The position numbers and the translations under genes are program-made. A DNA stretch of 64,000 bases, from the NCBI GenBank assembly GCA_028534125.1, contig CM052816.1, positions 100,936,001 to 101,000,000 of the forward strand, in the 5' to 3' direction. The notes under the pieces are model-generated. The model did no database searches, was not told the DNA's origin, and saw only the letters and a list, made by a program, of their open reading frames with translations. This DNA comes from Lama glama (taxonomy: Eukaryota). Shown piece after piece: positions 13,733 to 26,539 of the stretch; position 1 is the first letter of the stretch, and the number at the start of each line of letters is the position of its first letter.

Positions 13733-14047
13733 CAGCCCTGTCCAAGAGCAACAGGGGGGAGCCGCAAGCGTGTTATTAAATTTTCCACAGCCACGTTAAA
13801 GAAGTAAAAAGAAGCAGGTGAAAGCGATTTTAATAATGTATTTTATGTAACCCAGCATATCCAAGATGTTGTTATTTCAGCCTGTGATCGATGCTAGACT
13901 TATCAATGAGACACTGTTCCTTCTCTTCTGCACCATGCCTCTGGTACCGGGTGCACAGATCGCATGCAGGCGCACCCCAACTCCGGGCGGCCATGTGGCA
14001 GGTGCTGAGCTGCCACCAGGCGCCAGTGGCCGCCATATGGGACAGCC
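13733..14047 (-). mobile_element. hAT-Charlie MITE, MER33-like
   Basis: Ends cagccctgtccaa...tgggacagcc; internal aaattttccacagccacgttaaagaagtaaaaagaagcaggtgaaa...tattttatgtaacccagcatatccaa. Confidence 0.75.
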
Positions 14048-15963
14048 TAACTCTAGCCAAGGTTGGGATGCCCCGGTATGGTCTTATTCCAAGTACAGAA
14101 TTCATATTGACCATGGCCTGGGTGCTTTGTTTTTCTCTGACTTCACTGAATTTTTAAAAGAGAAATGAGGACATGACATAGTGGCAGCCAAGCGTGGGCA
14201 CTGGGTCCCCCATCAAAACAAACAAGTCAGATGTTAGATGCATTGATTTCCTTGGTCCACTCAGCCCTGAATTTCCATAGGTTGTCCCTGGGCTCTAGTG
14301 CGCAGAGGAGACAGGACTCATGAGGTAGAAGGTGGGAGATGATGACAGAACAGCGTTTGCTCTAAAGCCTCTTTGGTTCCTAAGAGCAGATCCTGGGGCC
14401 AGGACGCTAGTGCAGGGGATGTCCTGGGGGGATGCTTCGGGGCCGGGGCTGGGTCTGGGGGAAGCAGGGAGGGGCAGGAGCAAAAACTAAGCCAGGGGGT
14501 GGTCCCAGCTGCAGAGAAGGCCCACCCTGCTCCTGTGGGAGGCTCTCCAGCCCAGGTCTCCACCCGAAGCCTGCATCGGACTGTCCTACTGGGCAGGCTA
14601 GACCCGATTGCTGGGCTCCACCCTAGGGCTCTGAGTGGGGCCCAAGGATTTGCACTTCCAACAACTCCCCAGGGGGTGCTGACGCTGCAGGCTGTGCTCC
14701 CCTTGAAAATGGCTCTAGTCGAGAGCATTGACAGCTCCGCAGAACAGCCCCCAGTCCCCGGGCCAGGGGCCAGGTCCTGCGTCTGTGCAGCCAGTCACTG
14801 GTGTGGGCTGTGTGACCCCTGATGGAGGAGGTTCCCGTCGCCCAGCAGAACCTGTAATTACAGTTGGAAGCAGACAGCTGCCCAGCGGGGCACTCCCTGC
14901 CCTGGGGACAGGGCACGTCTCTGGGAGAAAGAGTCTGGGTGGGACACCAACTTTTTCTCCACCTCCCAGCCAGCTCCACTGACGGAGTGGCCAATGGGCG
15001 GATCTGATCCTTGGAGGAGGATGCGATTGATGGAAAAATGACACATGCGGCAGATCCCACCTCCTCTTCTTCCCTGAGGTTTCCTCAGCTGGCTGAGCCG
15101 CTGGCACCCACGCTGCAAAGGTGTCACTGAAGCGAATGCCCCACTGGCCAGTGGCTCCACGCCTTCGTCTGTTAACACTGGGAGATGAAAGGGCATGAGG
15201 TGCACCCCCCACATAAACAAGCCTGGGGCCCCAGGGTGCGCACGGCTCCCCAAAGCCCCCGTCCCCACAGTCTCAGCAGAGGGTCCCTCCAGGGTTGCCA
15301 GGAAGCTGAGGGGACATCCAGGGCTCTGGTCCCCAAATCGGGTCAGGGAAGCCAGGGGTTCTCAGGGGCCAGTGTGGCTGAGAGATGCGCTCTGGTGCCC
15401 ACGGATGTCCTGGGAACAGCCGAGGTCCCTTCGTGGGTCAGTCCGTGGGGTCCACACGTGGGGTCTTCTGCAAGAGTCAGAAGTGACCTCACCAGATGCC
15501 AGGACTGGGAAGTTTTCAGGTGAGTCCAGGCTGACTGGGAGGAAACCTCTTCAGACTGGAACCCGCCTGACACTCTGCCAAGAGCCGCCTGGTCCACCCC
15601 TACTCCAGGCTGGGCATACGGCCTCATGTCCAGCCAGGATGGCTTTAAGAGACAATTAATACCACACTTGCAAGTCTTGTCACCGAAGATATAAGTGATA
15701 ACAGCCAGTGATCTTGTAAATAAAGACACAGACAACGCCTCCTTTCAAACTTGCGGGGCATCTCTTCGCTAGAACCATCAGCACACTTTCCCTGGAACTC
15801 TTTCTCAGGTGACACTGAAGCCTATTAAAGAGGCTGGAACAACAGTCAAATGTGACCAAACAGAAAATATTCTTTACAACAGTGACTTCAAGTGAATAGG
15901 AAGTAAATGTCTAACTTAACCTTGAAAACAGATGCTGTGGGTGAGCAGGGTCTTGGACAAGGG

Positions 15964-16023
15964 GTGACGTGGTACCAGGTGGCACGGTAGCAGGAGACAC
16001 GGTGCCAGGTGATGGGGTACCAG
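15964..16023 (+). repeat. Degenerate 15-bp tandem repeat, 4 copies
   Basis: gtgacgtggtaccag / gtggcacggtagcag / gagacacggtgccag / gtgatggggtaccag. Confidence 0.75.
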
Positions 16024-16254
16024 GCAGTTCTGCCTCGCTTGCTGGGACCTCTCTGAGCACACTGTCACCTGAACTGGGAGCAGAACGAACCTGGTTCTCA
16101 ACCCCCCACAGAGCTTTTGTTCATGTGAGTTACATCTAGCCATATTTTTTATTAAAATTAAATCTTTATTGACTAACTCATTTAAAAGCAACCAATAAGC
16201 CCAAACATCACGACCTGTGGTCCTTAGCGCATCTTCTTTAGTGCTTCTTTGTCC

Positions 16255-16636
16255 AACCATTTTAAAATGTAAAACCCATTCTCAGCTCTGCGGCCCCAGG
16301 CCGCAGCTCTGCACCCTCGCTCGAGAGCTCTGTGTCGGATGGCGTTACCACCAGCCCCACGCGGCCTTAGAGCACTCGAATGTGCCCGGTCTGGCCTGAG
16401 ACGGGCTGGGAGTGTGGAATACACACTGTTCAAAGAATCAGTACAAAAAGGGATGTCAAATACCTTACAACATTTTTATATTAGGTAATGTTAAATTAAT
16501 AATATTTTGAATGTACTGGGTTAAATAAAAGATATATTAAAATCAATTTCTTCTGTTTCTTTTTACTTTTTTTTAGTGTGACTGTTAAACAATTTTAAAT
16601 TACCCATATGACTTGAATTACTTTTCTGTGAGACAG
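16255..16636 (+). mobile_element. MER33-like hAT MITE (~16330-16636) preceded by a MER58-like fragment
   Basis: tactgggttaaataaaagatatattaaaatcaatttcttctgtttctttttacttttt..gtgtgact is the reverse complement of the 13.8 kb copy core; ccaaccattttaaaatgtaaaacccattctcagctc is MER58-like. Confidence 0.7.
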
Positions 16637-18097
16637 AACACATCTATAGCGCCTTCATATTGGACCAGATGTCCTGTGTTTTCCTAGGACAAATCTGCAC
16701 ACTTAAGAATTCAGCTTGAAGGAAAACAAGTCTGAAACACACCACTTGGAAAATTCTTGCAGATATAACCTCTATCCACAAGCCCATTCCCCAATTACAC
16801 AAATTTATTTGTTAAGAACCAAAATATCTCCCAAGGTTCCCAGGCAAAATTCCTAAAAAGCTAAATGTGCTTATTTTTAAAAAGAAAAGAAAGGAACCAG
16901 ACTTCCCAACAGGGAGGCAGTTGTTGGGAGCGCGTTTCCACGGCTGGCTGAGCTCCCGGCCTGGGTCTACATAGACTGGGGACGATGCAAAGCCGCTGAT
17001 GGTCAGCAGAGAAATGATTCCAATTCCACTGCATGTTCGAGCAAACTGCCAAAATGTAGCACTGGTTTTCCTGTGTTGCCAATTAATAACCTGGCAGGAT
17101 GATGAGTTAACCTCCCAGGACACCATCAACCAGGGCTGTGCGTCTTTGTGGGTAAGGACCGGCCTGCGAAGCCGGCACCTCCCACTTCTCTTCCCAGCCA
17201 GCGTCCACCCCGAGTCCCTGCCAATGAAGCTGAGGACGCGTGGGGCATGTGGACAAGTGAGTGGGCACTCAGACCAAGGTCCCCTTAGATGGTGATCCAT
17301 GCTGCCCAGGGCGTGCCTCGGGGTAAGATAACGCAGGGACGGGGTGCTTCTCAGGGAGGGGGTGAAGGTCTGGTGGAGACGGAGCACCAGAGCTGACCTC
17401 AGTGATGCGACAGGACGTGGGGACGGCGGGCCGAGCGACAGCGAGTGAGAAGGCTGGCGGGGGGCGGAAGGGGGGAGCAGAGCTGAGGGCCGCCCTCAGC
17501 CCGCGGCCTCCCTCCCCACTCGCCTCCCTCCCCGGCGCACTGTCAGGTGGGACAGGCCAGCGCCTTCACGCCGAGACCCTCCCGGCGAGAAGCGGCTGCA
17601 GCCGAGCACCGAAGGAGCGAGGGTGGACAAGATGCCCCGCGCACGCCCACCGGAGGAGTCCCCTCTCCTCCCCCGTCCGGGGGGATGAGCGGGGGGCACA
17701 GCGGAGGCCCCAGGCCACCCTGTGAAAGGGCTTCGCACCCAGCGGAGGCCCGGAGGGCTAGCTGACAAACCTTTGAGGTGGCGGCATGTGTCCCATCCTA
17801 ACAAGAGTTTATTTTAAAGCATCGGAGAGAAGCAAGAGCAGAGCTTCCGCAGCAGAGCGAGGGGGCTGCCCTGGCCGGAGGAAACCGCGCTTCACTGGCC
17901 AGGGCCCGACGTGGAAGACCGGGGTCGCCAGTAAGCTCTCGGGCTTGAGTGCCGGGGCTCCTATCTGGGTAAAGGCGAGAGGAGCTACATTTTCCGCAGG
18001 CAACGTTGGCGGCCGCGCTGAGAACGGACGCGTGGGCCCGGACGCTGTCGGAGGAGGCCTTGCCGTCTGCAGTGGTCGGACAGCGCCTCTGAGCGGG

Positions 18098-18230
18098 AGG
18101 GGGCGGGGCTGAGGGGAGGGGCGGGGCTGAGGGGAGGGGCGGGCTGAGGGGAGGGGCGGGACTGAGGGGAGGGGCGGGGCGGAGGCGAGGGGCGGGGCGG
18201 AGGCGAGGGGCGGGGCGGAGAGGGAAGGGC
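18098..18230 (+). repeat. G-rich minisatellite, ~18-bp unit GGGGCGGGGC(T/G)GAGG(G/C)GA, about 7 copies
   Basis: Units read directly; also seen as repeated SAPPLA/PAPPLS peptides in the minus-strand ORFs. Confidence 0.9.
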
Positions 18231-21200
18231 GCCGGGTGGGCCCAGCCCATGGTGGGGCTGAGAGGCTGTTCTGACAGCCAGGCGTGGGTGCCCGGGCCCG
18301 AGGAGGACCCGCAACAGTACCTGGTCCTTGACCTGAGCAGGTGGGCGAGGCCCGGTTCTTGGGGCTCCTGGAAGGGCTGTCTCCCGCCTGCACCCCCAGG
18401 ACTTAAGCACCTTCAGCAAAGCTCCGAGCGGAAGTGGCTGGGGCCACCTTCGGGAAGCAGCCTCTGCGTCCGCACGCGCGGGAACTCTACTGTTCACGTG
18501 TCGGGAAGACCGGCTAAGCCGGACCTCTGCAGGGTCACCCTCCCTAATGTCTGCTGCAGGTGTCTTTGTTACTTCACAATCAAACTTCTTCTTAAGATGG
18601 ACACTGCAAGGAACTTGCCAGAGGTCACCGCCTCCTGCCAGAAAGCTGGTCAGTCCCAGCGGGTAGCGGACTTCACAGGTGGGAGAGGCTGGTTGGCAGG
18701 ACCTTCTCAGGCACCTTCAAAAGTCACCCCACGGGGCTGGAACTTGCTCCCATCTGAGCTCTCGGAGCCGCTCGTAAGCTGTTTAACCTTCCTGTGCTCA
18801 TGTTTAATTAAGGAAAATCATGCTGCAAATTTAACCAGTAGGAAGGCAGTGGGACACTGGTGTTCTCCGTGGACCCAGGTCACACACTCTGCCCACAAAC
18901 TGCTGCTGAGCAGGTGGTGGGATCCTCGTGGCCTTGACACAGTGGCCCCTGAAACCCCGCGTGTGTGAACTGGGGGAGGGGCTTTGCTTCTTCCTCACAA
19001 GTCAGGACAAGTGCCCGAACCCCCACTTCACAGGAAGTGTTTCATCCTGGGCCTCTCTGCGCGCGGGGTCTGCAGCTGGTCACAGACTCGGGAAGGCCGC
19101 CACGCTCAGTGGCTGGTGGGCTGTGGGCTCTCCCTGTGCACCCCACGTGCTCCATCACAGCCCCCTGGGTGGACTCCTCGGTGTGCCACCTGGGGAGCGA
19201 GCCCGGACAGCACACGTGTCCACTGGCTCAGGATGGTGTCAGCCCCGCGTTCGCTTCCTTCCACAGAGGGATGAGTTGTGTCCAAGGAAAAGCAGCTGTT
19301 CCTGGGCTTCCGTGGAACCCCGTGGACGTACAGGACCGCCACTCATGGCAAACATCCACACACAAGGCTCCGTTTCTCTCAACACGTGCCTCAGGTCTCC
19401 ACGGCTGCATGGCCCTAAAATCAATCAGGCGTCACCCGCGAGGCTACTCTGCTCCTTTTGGTCCACATCCCTCAACTACGGCCGGCCCCGGGCTGGGACA
19501 CCATCAGGGACGGAGCAGACACTCAGCCCACGGCCCGACTGCAACTCCAGACATTTCCAAGGGACCTTAGTCCTCATGGGTGGAAGGGGAGGAAGAGGAA
19601 CAGGACTATGAGGATGAGAGGGGCCACGATGGAAGCAGAGACTAGGACCCCTTCGTGTTACCCTGGAAGCTCCAGGCTGCTCCCTCCCACAAGGCACAGC
19701 CAGGCTACGGTTTGAACCCGGCTGCCAGTCGCTCCTGACGGAGAGTTGGCCAGCAGCATCTGCCCGGCCCGGTGAAGGCTCCCCGCGCACACACAGCTCA
19801 GCATGCCCCCGGCGCCCCCGTCACCCCGGGGTGCCAGGAAATTATGACAGCAAAATTAATTTCCTCCCCTTCAGCTTCAAGTAATAAAGCGGTGCTGTGT
19901 CGCTAATGGCAGGAAGGTGGCTCATTCTAACATCAAAGTGGGGAGAACCAGCCTGAGCTGGGGTCTGGAATCTCGTCTAGTCACTGCACAGACTGCAAAT
20001 GGGGGATGCCGTACCAGGGGACCAAGACGGGCTAGGCCAGCACCCATGGGAGCACTAGCTGGGCTGGTGAGGGACATTTCAGAATCCTCGGTGGGAAGGC
20101 CATTCAGGAGCTTGGACTCCATGAACATGCAGAGCTTGGTGTGAGCAAGTGTGGAAGCCAAGCCATGCCGTGTTTCTGACCCATGTAGCGGGCTAACAAT
20201 GGCCATGTTCACTGTCACAACCACTACAGGAGTCTGATGCCAGGGGAGGGGCAGGGCCAGAATGGTGTGGGGGAGGGTTGTCCAGGGCATGTCGGGGGCT
20301 TTGCACGGCCATCGCCCGGGTGCTGGGGCAGGTCTGTGTCCCCTCGGGCAGCGGGAGGGACAGCTGCAGGGGCAGGAAGCATGCAGGCGGTTCAGGAGCG
20401 ACTTCCGTGAAGGGCCTGGCCGGAAGCCTAGACAGCGGCACCGCGGATGGTTTGTGAAGCGCAGTTATAGTGAATCAGAACTGGCACAGGACTAACCCGG
20501 GCCGCAGGACTAGCCGGGGCCGCAGGACGTGGGAGAGTGGGAGTAGACCCAAAGCGCCGTCCTCCCTCCGAGCGTCCTCCCAGGAGGCTTCCAGATGTGG
20601 TGAGGGCTGTCGCCCAGCCATCACGATTGTCATGAGATCTGGCAGCCTGGGCTGTGGTGAGCTCCGGGGTGGCCCAGAGAGCAGAGGGCACGCGCGAGGG
20701 GCCATTTTGACACGGAAGGCAGGGAATTCGGGCTGGGGCCTTCAGTGCCCGGGAGACGTGCAGATGGAGACGTCAGAAGACAGGTGGGTGCCCGGGCCTG
20801 GGGCTTGAGGATTGATTTTTCACCAAAGCAGAGAAGCAGGGTGTGTCTCTCTGCAACAGGAAGAACTCAAGGAGCCGCTGTGGTGAGAACTTCAAGTCAG
20901 TTTCTCCCCAAATGTTTCTCAAAGACGCGCTTCACAAAACCAGTGAAACCATTCAGGGACTCACGGCCATGTCCAGGCACAGGGCCACCACGCCAACAGC
21001 TCCGCTCAAATGTCTCCCAGTGGGCGCTGTGGTGGGTACTGAGCGGCACAGGACGCTGAAACTGCCCCGCGGGGTCCGGGTGCGGAGGAAGGTCTGCCCA
21101 GTCCCTGTCAGAAGGCGTGTCTTTTGTGCACAGTTAGGACCCTGGGAAATGGACAGCTGACTTCACCGGGTGGGGCGGCCTTGGGCGCTGGCGGACCAGG

Positions 21201-21420
21201 CGGACTGCGCTTTGCCCGCACCCCACCCTGCGAGGCGGGTTGTGTCAACGCCACCCCACACGTGGGCACAGCTCGCAGGTGACCGACTGATATTCTAGTC
21301 CATGTCTCTGCACCACACCAAGCCAGCCTGTAGAACCGCAGGACGCCCCCTGGCCGTCCCTTAGTGGGGGCGGCCAGCAGCGTCCCCACCGTGCATGGCT
21401 TCAGGGCCTCAAGGAGACCA

Positions 21421-21556
21421 TTTTCTTTTAATTTTGGGTTTTTTTGGGGGGAGGATAGTAATTAGGTTCTTATTTATTTTAATGAAGGGCCTGGGACTGA
21501 ACCCACGACCTCGCGCCTGCTGAGCACACGCTCTACCACTGAGCTGTCCCCTCCCA
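21421..21556 (-). mobile_element. tRNA-derived SINE, Vic-1-like
   Basis: Reverse strand agctcagtggtagagcgtgtgctcagc...ggtcgtgggttcagtccca plus aacctaattac tail; same family as the 11.1 kb and 42.2 kb copies. Confidence 0.85.
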
Positions 21557-24500
21557 CCAAGGGCACCCTCCTGCACCCATGATCAGGGCCTTAGAAGTCA
21601 GCCTGGAGACACAGAGTGGGCCCTAGCTGAAGAGGAGACACCACAGATAGATCAAAGTCATTCCCACAGACAGAGCTGCACTGGGTGAGCGCTCAGCCGT
21701 GCAGACCTGGGCTCAGGGTGCCCTCCCAGCCTGGGGGCGTTCCGAGGACCAGGGAGGAGGCCGGCACACGGAGCCGGGCAGACGTCTGCCCGTCTGCCCG
21801 CTGCCACGCGACCGGCCCCTCGGGAGCTGCCGCTGGCTTTCCCCACACCCTCTCTCCCCGTGGTCGGCAACCCGGGCAAGGGGCTGCGGGGGGGATTTCA
21901 GTGAGGGGGCGCACGCAGGGAGCTGGCAACTTGGCACAACTTGTTCAGAGACAGCAGAGCACTCTGCCGGGGCCCACTGTCCTGGTGCGTGGCTTACTGC
22001 TCACCCGCTGAGCAAATATGTACCCAGGTTCCTCCACGACGTACCCCCTGCCTCTGTCTAAAGTCACCTGCGAGCCGGCATCTTAACACCCTGCCCCTCA
22101 GAGCACACGCCCTTGGGCCCGGCTGGGGGAACTGCACCCAATTCACTTTTGCACCAATTAGAAAGGGGACACTTTTCCTGGTAGAAAGTTAACGTACAGC
22201 TAGTCTAGCTCTCGCAGGGGCGTTGCAGCAACACTCCTGCAATAGTGGTAAAGGGTCTGTGTTAGTGTCATGTGCCCCGTAATTAATTCTGACATTTAGA
22301 ATCAGAAGCTGAGAGTGAGAAATCAAGAAATACCTTCAGAACCGTAACACCGAACACCTCCACTGAGCCACGTGTCCTCACAGCCTTCCAGGCACCCCAC
22401 TAATGATAACATTTCTGGACTCGGTTTTATGGTAGTGATTGATACTCTGAAAATGACCTGTGATGGGATAATTAGATCTAATAGCATGCTGTTTCTTCTA
22501 ATAGCATGCTGAGGTCGTTATATTGAAAGACCCGTGATTTACTGAGGGAAACACAGGGAGAGGTCTGAGGAACTCCATTCAAGACACAGAACCCAGGAAA
22601 ACTGACCCATGATCCGTATGGACCCGGCTGGGGGAAGTGCCTAACCAACTGCAGATTTCGCAAGGATGCGAGTCCCCGTCCGGAGAGCATTCTGAAGTGC
22701 TGCAGTGACAAAAAGTTTTACTGAGGACATTTTAAGCTTAAAATAAATGAGACCACAGGAGAAACGTTAGGATCCTGATCAGAAAGAGGTTTGGGGGTGC
22801 GGATTACAATGAGGAGATGATTCAAGTCGAATCTTGTACCCAAAAAACCCCAAAAAAACAACAAGAAAAAAACCATCACAGCAGAGTCTGACCCAAAGCA
22901 AGGGCTCTTGGAAACCCCGAACTTCCCAGCAAAATAAACCTGTTACGAGACAATGTGATCTGGACACCACGCTTCTGACAGTCGTGTTGCTGCCTGGAAG
23001 CCAGTCGCTGTGCGCATGCTGTTCCGGGAGGTCGGGGAGAAGCCGCGGCCTCTGCGTGGTGAGGACGGTTCCGCTCGCCGCTGCGGGCTGCGGATAGGCC
23101 CTCCCTGCAAAGGAGAGCTCGTGCGAGGGCCTCTGCTCCACCATCTTAATAGTCCAGTTGCCCAGGGTCTAAAGAGGAGTCCCGCCCAATCGCAGGTGAT
23201 GACAGTGGTGAACCGTCCGGCCATTCGGGGAGGCAGCGGTCTATTAAGACAGCTCCAGTTCCCTGTTTCTGTGTCTCGTTTGGAAAATGAACTGCACCAA
23301 GGAGCCTCCTGGCCTCTGCTGGAGTCTCCAGCGCTCGGTCCAGTGCTGAGAAGGGAGGGGAGATGAGGGTGTGTCCATTTGGGCTGCAAACAGGAGGGGC
23401 AGGCACTGGGGATGGGAGGCCCCGAGCGTGGTAAGTGGACAGACAGACAGAAGCAGGAGCGCCCGGCCCTGCGATGGCGGCCCCAGGCTCGGGCGGCAGG
23501 GTGCCGGACACACAGGGAGGCAGGCACGTGAACGTGGCCTCCTTCCGGGACGGCCTCGGGAAGACCCCCAGGAATAGAGCCCGGGCAGCGGGGCTGGTCT
23601 GCTGAGTGGCAGTGAAGGCCGGGCCTCCCCCGCTCCGGGAGGGCGGCTCCTCCCGACCCGAGAGAGGCGGGGTCAGCCCGGCAGCTGGGACTCCGCTCTC
23701 GGCAGACCGCCCGCGCAGACGCCCGCGGCGCTGGGCCGAGGGGCCGGCTCTCCCCGGGACCCGGGAGAAACAAGCGGAGGCTCTGAAGGCGTCTCGGCCC
23801 CTCAAGCGCTGCACTGTGACAGCAAGAGGAGCTGTTTGCTCTTCCTGCGACGTGGCTCAGTGGCTGGTATCCTGCAACGCCGTCTGTCCTTGGTCTGCAC
23901 TGACAACACAGGGCTGTGGACCAGGCGCTGGGGAAGCCTGTGGGCTGCTTAAGATGTTTCCCACGGGCAGCACTCAGTCGCAACCTGGCGGGTCCCAGAT
24001 GTGACGGGGGGTGGGGGGGAACAAGAGGGCCTGGGAAGGGGCTGCCAGGTAGAATGTGGAAGGTGTGGCCCAGGGCGGGGGTCTGAGCGCCAGGAAGCAG
24101 GCGGGGCCTCTCCCTGTCCAGGAGCCGAGGTTCCTCACAGGGACTCGGGGCCACGCGCCCTCGTGGTCCTTCCTCCGCCCAGATGGTCTCCCCGCCACCT
24201 GCCATTGGCTGGAGGCCGCAGCCCCTCCGAAAGCTGCCCCGAAAACCAGTCCAAACCTCACCTCCTCCGTGAAGGCCTTGCCTGTGCTTCTCTGAAACTG
24301 ATTGAGATGAAATGAAGTCGTTGGCTGGAAAGTTTAAATTTCCGCTGGGAAACCACCGATGGGAATGCGCAGGCAGCATCAGGGCGGGTGGTGAGCGGAA
24401 GGTGGTCCACGGCGCCACCGGCACATTCCTGCCGGGCATCTGGAGGGTGGACGGGACCCCAGCCCCCTGAGGCGGTGGGAGTGCAGGGGCCGCCCCTGGA

Positions 24501-24779
24501 AGCAACGGCCAAGACAGCAAATGTGTCCAGAGGGAGGGATGTTCCTGGGAAATGCACGGGAGCTCCAGGCCTCGCGGGCGGAATCCCACTGCAGCCCTGC
24601 AATCACCGTCCCCACAGCCGCAGCCTGGCCTCCCCACCTCTCCGGTCCCACCAGGCGCCCCACATCTGCAAGCGCCGCCCCTCCAAGTGCTTCTGGCCGA
24701 ACAGGCGCTCCGTCCACGGGCCAGGCTGGCTCAGCTGGCAGGAGATGTGCTCACTTTTTGTAACATTGGTTTCTAGGCC

Positions 24780-25105
24780 CCGGCTCCAAGACTGGGCGTC
24801 TGGCGAGGAAGGTCTGAAGCCCCCGGGGCAGGTTGTCGGGAAGGCCTAGGACCCCCGGGGATCAGCCCACGCTGCCGTCCACCTGCAACGCGTCTCCTTC
24901 TTCAGGGGAGCCTCAGCCTTGTTTGGGGGGCTTTTCCATCAACCTGATCAGGCCTGCCCAGATTATCCAGCACAGTCGCCTTCATGTAGGGTCACCTGGT
25001 TATGAACTTTAATCACGTCCACAGAATTCCTTGGCAGGAAGAGCAGGTGAACGTTTGATAAATAGCAAGGGCTGTGGCCAAGCCACACAGAAACGTCACC
25101 GTTGC
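24780..25105 (-). mobile_element. ERVL LTR (MLT2-like)
   Basis: cctcagccttgttt...ccatcaacctgatcaggcctgcccagattatccag...ggttatgaactttaatcacgtccacagaattcctt. Confidence 0.55.
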
Positions 25106-25384
25106 CCCGCCCCTGGCGGGCGGCCTGCATGGGCCCTGCAGGAAAACAGCGGAGGGTCAGGACCAGGAAAGTGTCCCACCCTCGTAATCAAAATAAGAAT
25201 GAACCAGCGCACCTTTCTGGCCGTTCACAGGCCTCTGCTGGAGCCTAATCCTCCAGAGATGGGATGGGACTGGAGACGAGGCTCCGGCAGCCAGGGCAGG
25301 TCCGGGAGGTGTGGCACCGGGTGGTGCTGGGGCTCCTTCGAAGCAAACTTGGTGCGGAATTCAAGAGACAAGAGTCCAGGCCCG

Positions 25385-25470
25385 GGGCCCATGTGGTACA
25401 AGGTCAGGACAAGCCGCAGCACTTTTCTGCCTCGGTTTCCCCATCTACAGAGTGGGAATGGAAACACTCA
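25385..25470 (+). mobile_element. MIR core fragment
   Basis: ggacaagccgcagcacttttctgcctcggtttccccatctacagagtgggaatg resembles the MIR core. Confidence 0.55.
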
Positions 25471-25769
25471 GCCCTGGGGCCGTTCAGGGCTGCCGGAAGG
25501 ACCAGGATTCAAATAACTTCCTTCTCTTTACACCAAGGTGAAGAAAAGAGCAGGATAAAAGCATGGCAAGAGGCTGGTTTGAAGGAGAAACTTCCACCCC
25601 GACCTGGGCTCCAGGCCCACCTTGGTCCACCTGCGGACAGCTGGCCGGGTCACGTGTCTGTGGGGCCGGTTCCAGAGTCCCCCGCCAGCCCCGCCAGCCT
25701 CATGCACACCACGCACGAGCTGGAGGGGCCGCCGCCCCCACCGGCTCCCAGAGCGCCGGGGCCCACGCC

Positions 25770-26005
25770 GAGAACAACCAGAAAGGCTGCTGGAGGAGTA
25801 AGCTGAGAGCATCAGAGAAAATCTCAGCTCAGAGGACTCGAGTGTCTAAAACCCAGGAAGGAAAGAAACGGGAGGAAAACGCTGAAGCTGGGAGACAACA
25901 AAATAGCGTCTTCAATGTGCTTAGAAGGAAAAAGGACAACCTGCAATTCTACTCTCAGAAAAAAAAAATTCTTTCAAAGTGAAGGTAAAATAGAGACTTT
26001 GGAGA
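25770..26005 (+). mobile_element. Ancient L1 ORF1 C-terminal remnant
   Basis: EAGRQQNSVFNVLRRK...FQSEGKIETL resembles L1 ORF1p EARRQW.DIFKVLKEK...SFK.EGEIKTF. Confidence 0.6.
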
Positions 26006-26539
26006 AGTGTCTAGGAAAAGCACGTGGAAGTGTTGCGGCTCCAGGGGAACCTGCGGTGCCGTCTCCAGGCCGAAGAGGGTGGCCTCACTCGGACCCAGAG
26101 ACGCGGCCTCATAAATACACGGGGACACTCACTGCAGACGCCGAGGAGGGGCCACAGGGCCGACAGGCGGAGAGCCAGGCGCCGGACGACAAGCCGCCCC
26201 AGGGCTCGCGGCCCGTCAGGGAGGTGGCAACAGTAATGTGGGGTCCTCGGCTTTAACAGTGGGGAGATTCTCCAAGCCAGCGCAGCCTCCACACAATGCC
26301 AAAATAATGCCGAAGTAGCAAGACAAAGAGTGAAAGAAAAGCTAAAAGGAAATGCTGGTTTGATTCAAAGCGAGGCAGGAGAGGGGAGGAGGAACCCGAG
26401 ACAGTGAGGCGGCACAGAACACCCGCTGCCGACTCAGCTCCAACACCACTAGCAGCACCCGGGCGGCAGGCTCCACGCTTCCATTGAAAAGCAGAGGCTG
26501 GCCGCCTCGCACCCGTGACAGCGTCTACAACCGAGGCGC

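Noticed and set aside
15964-18230. Short repeat arrays as possible CRISPR
   Set aside because: Head-to-tail tandem units without unique spacers, no cas genes, eukaryotic context
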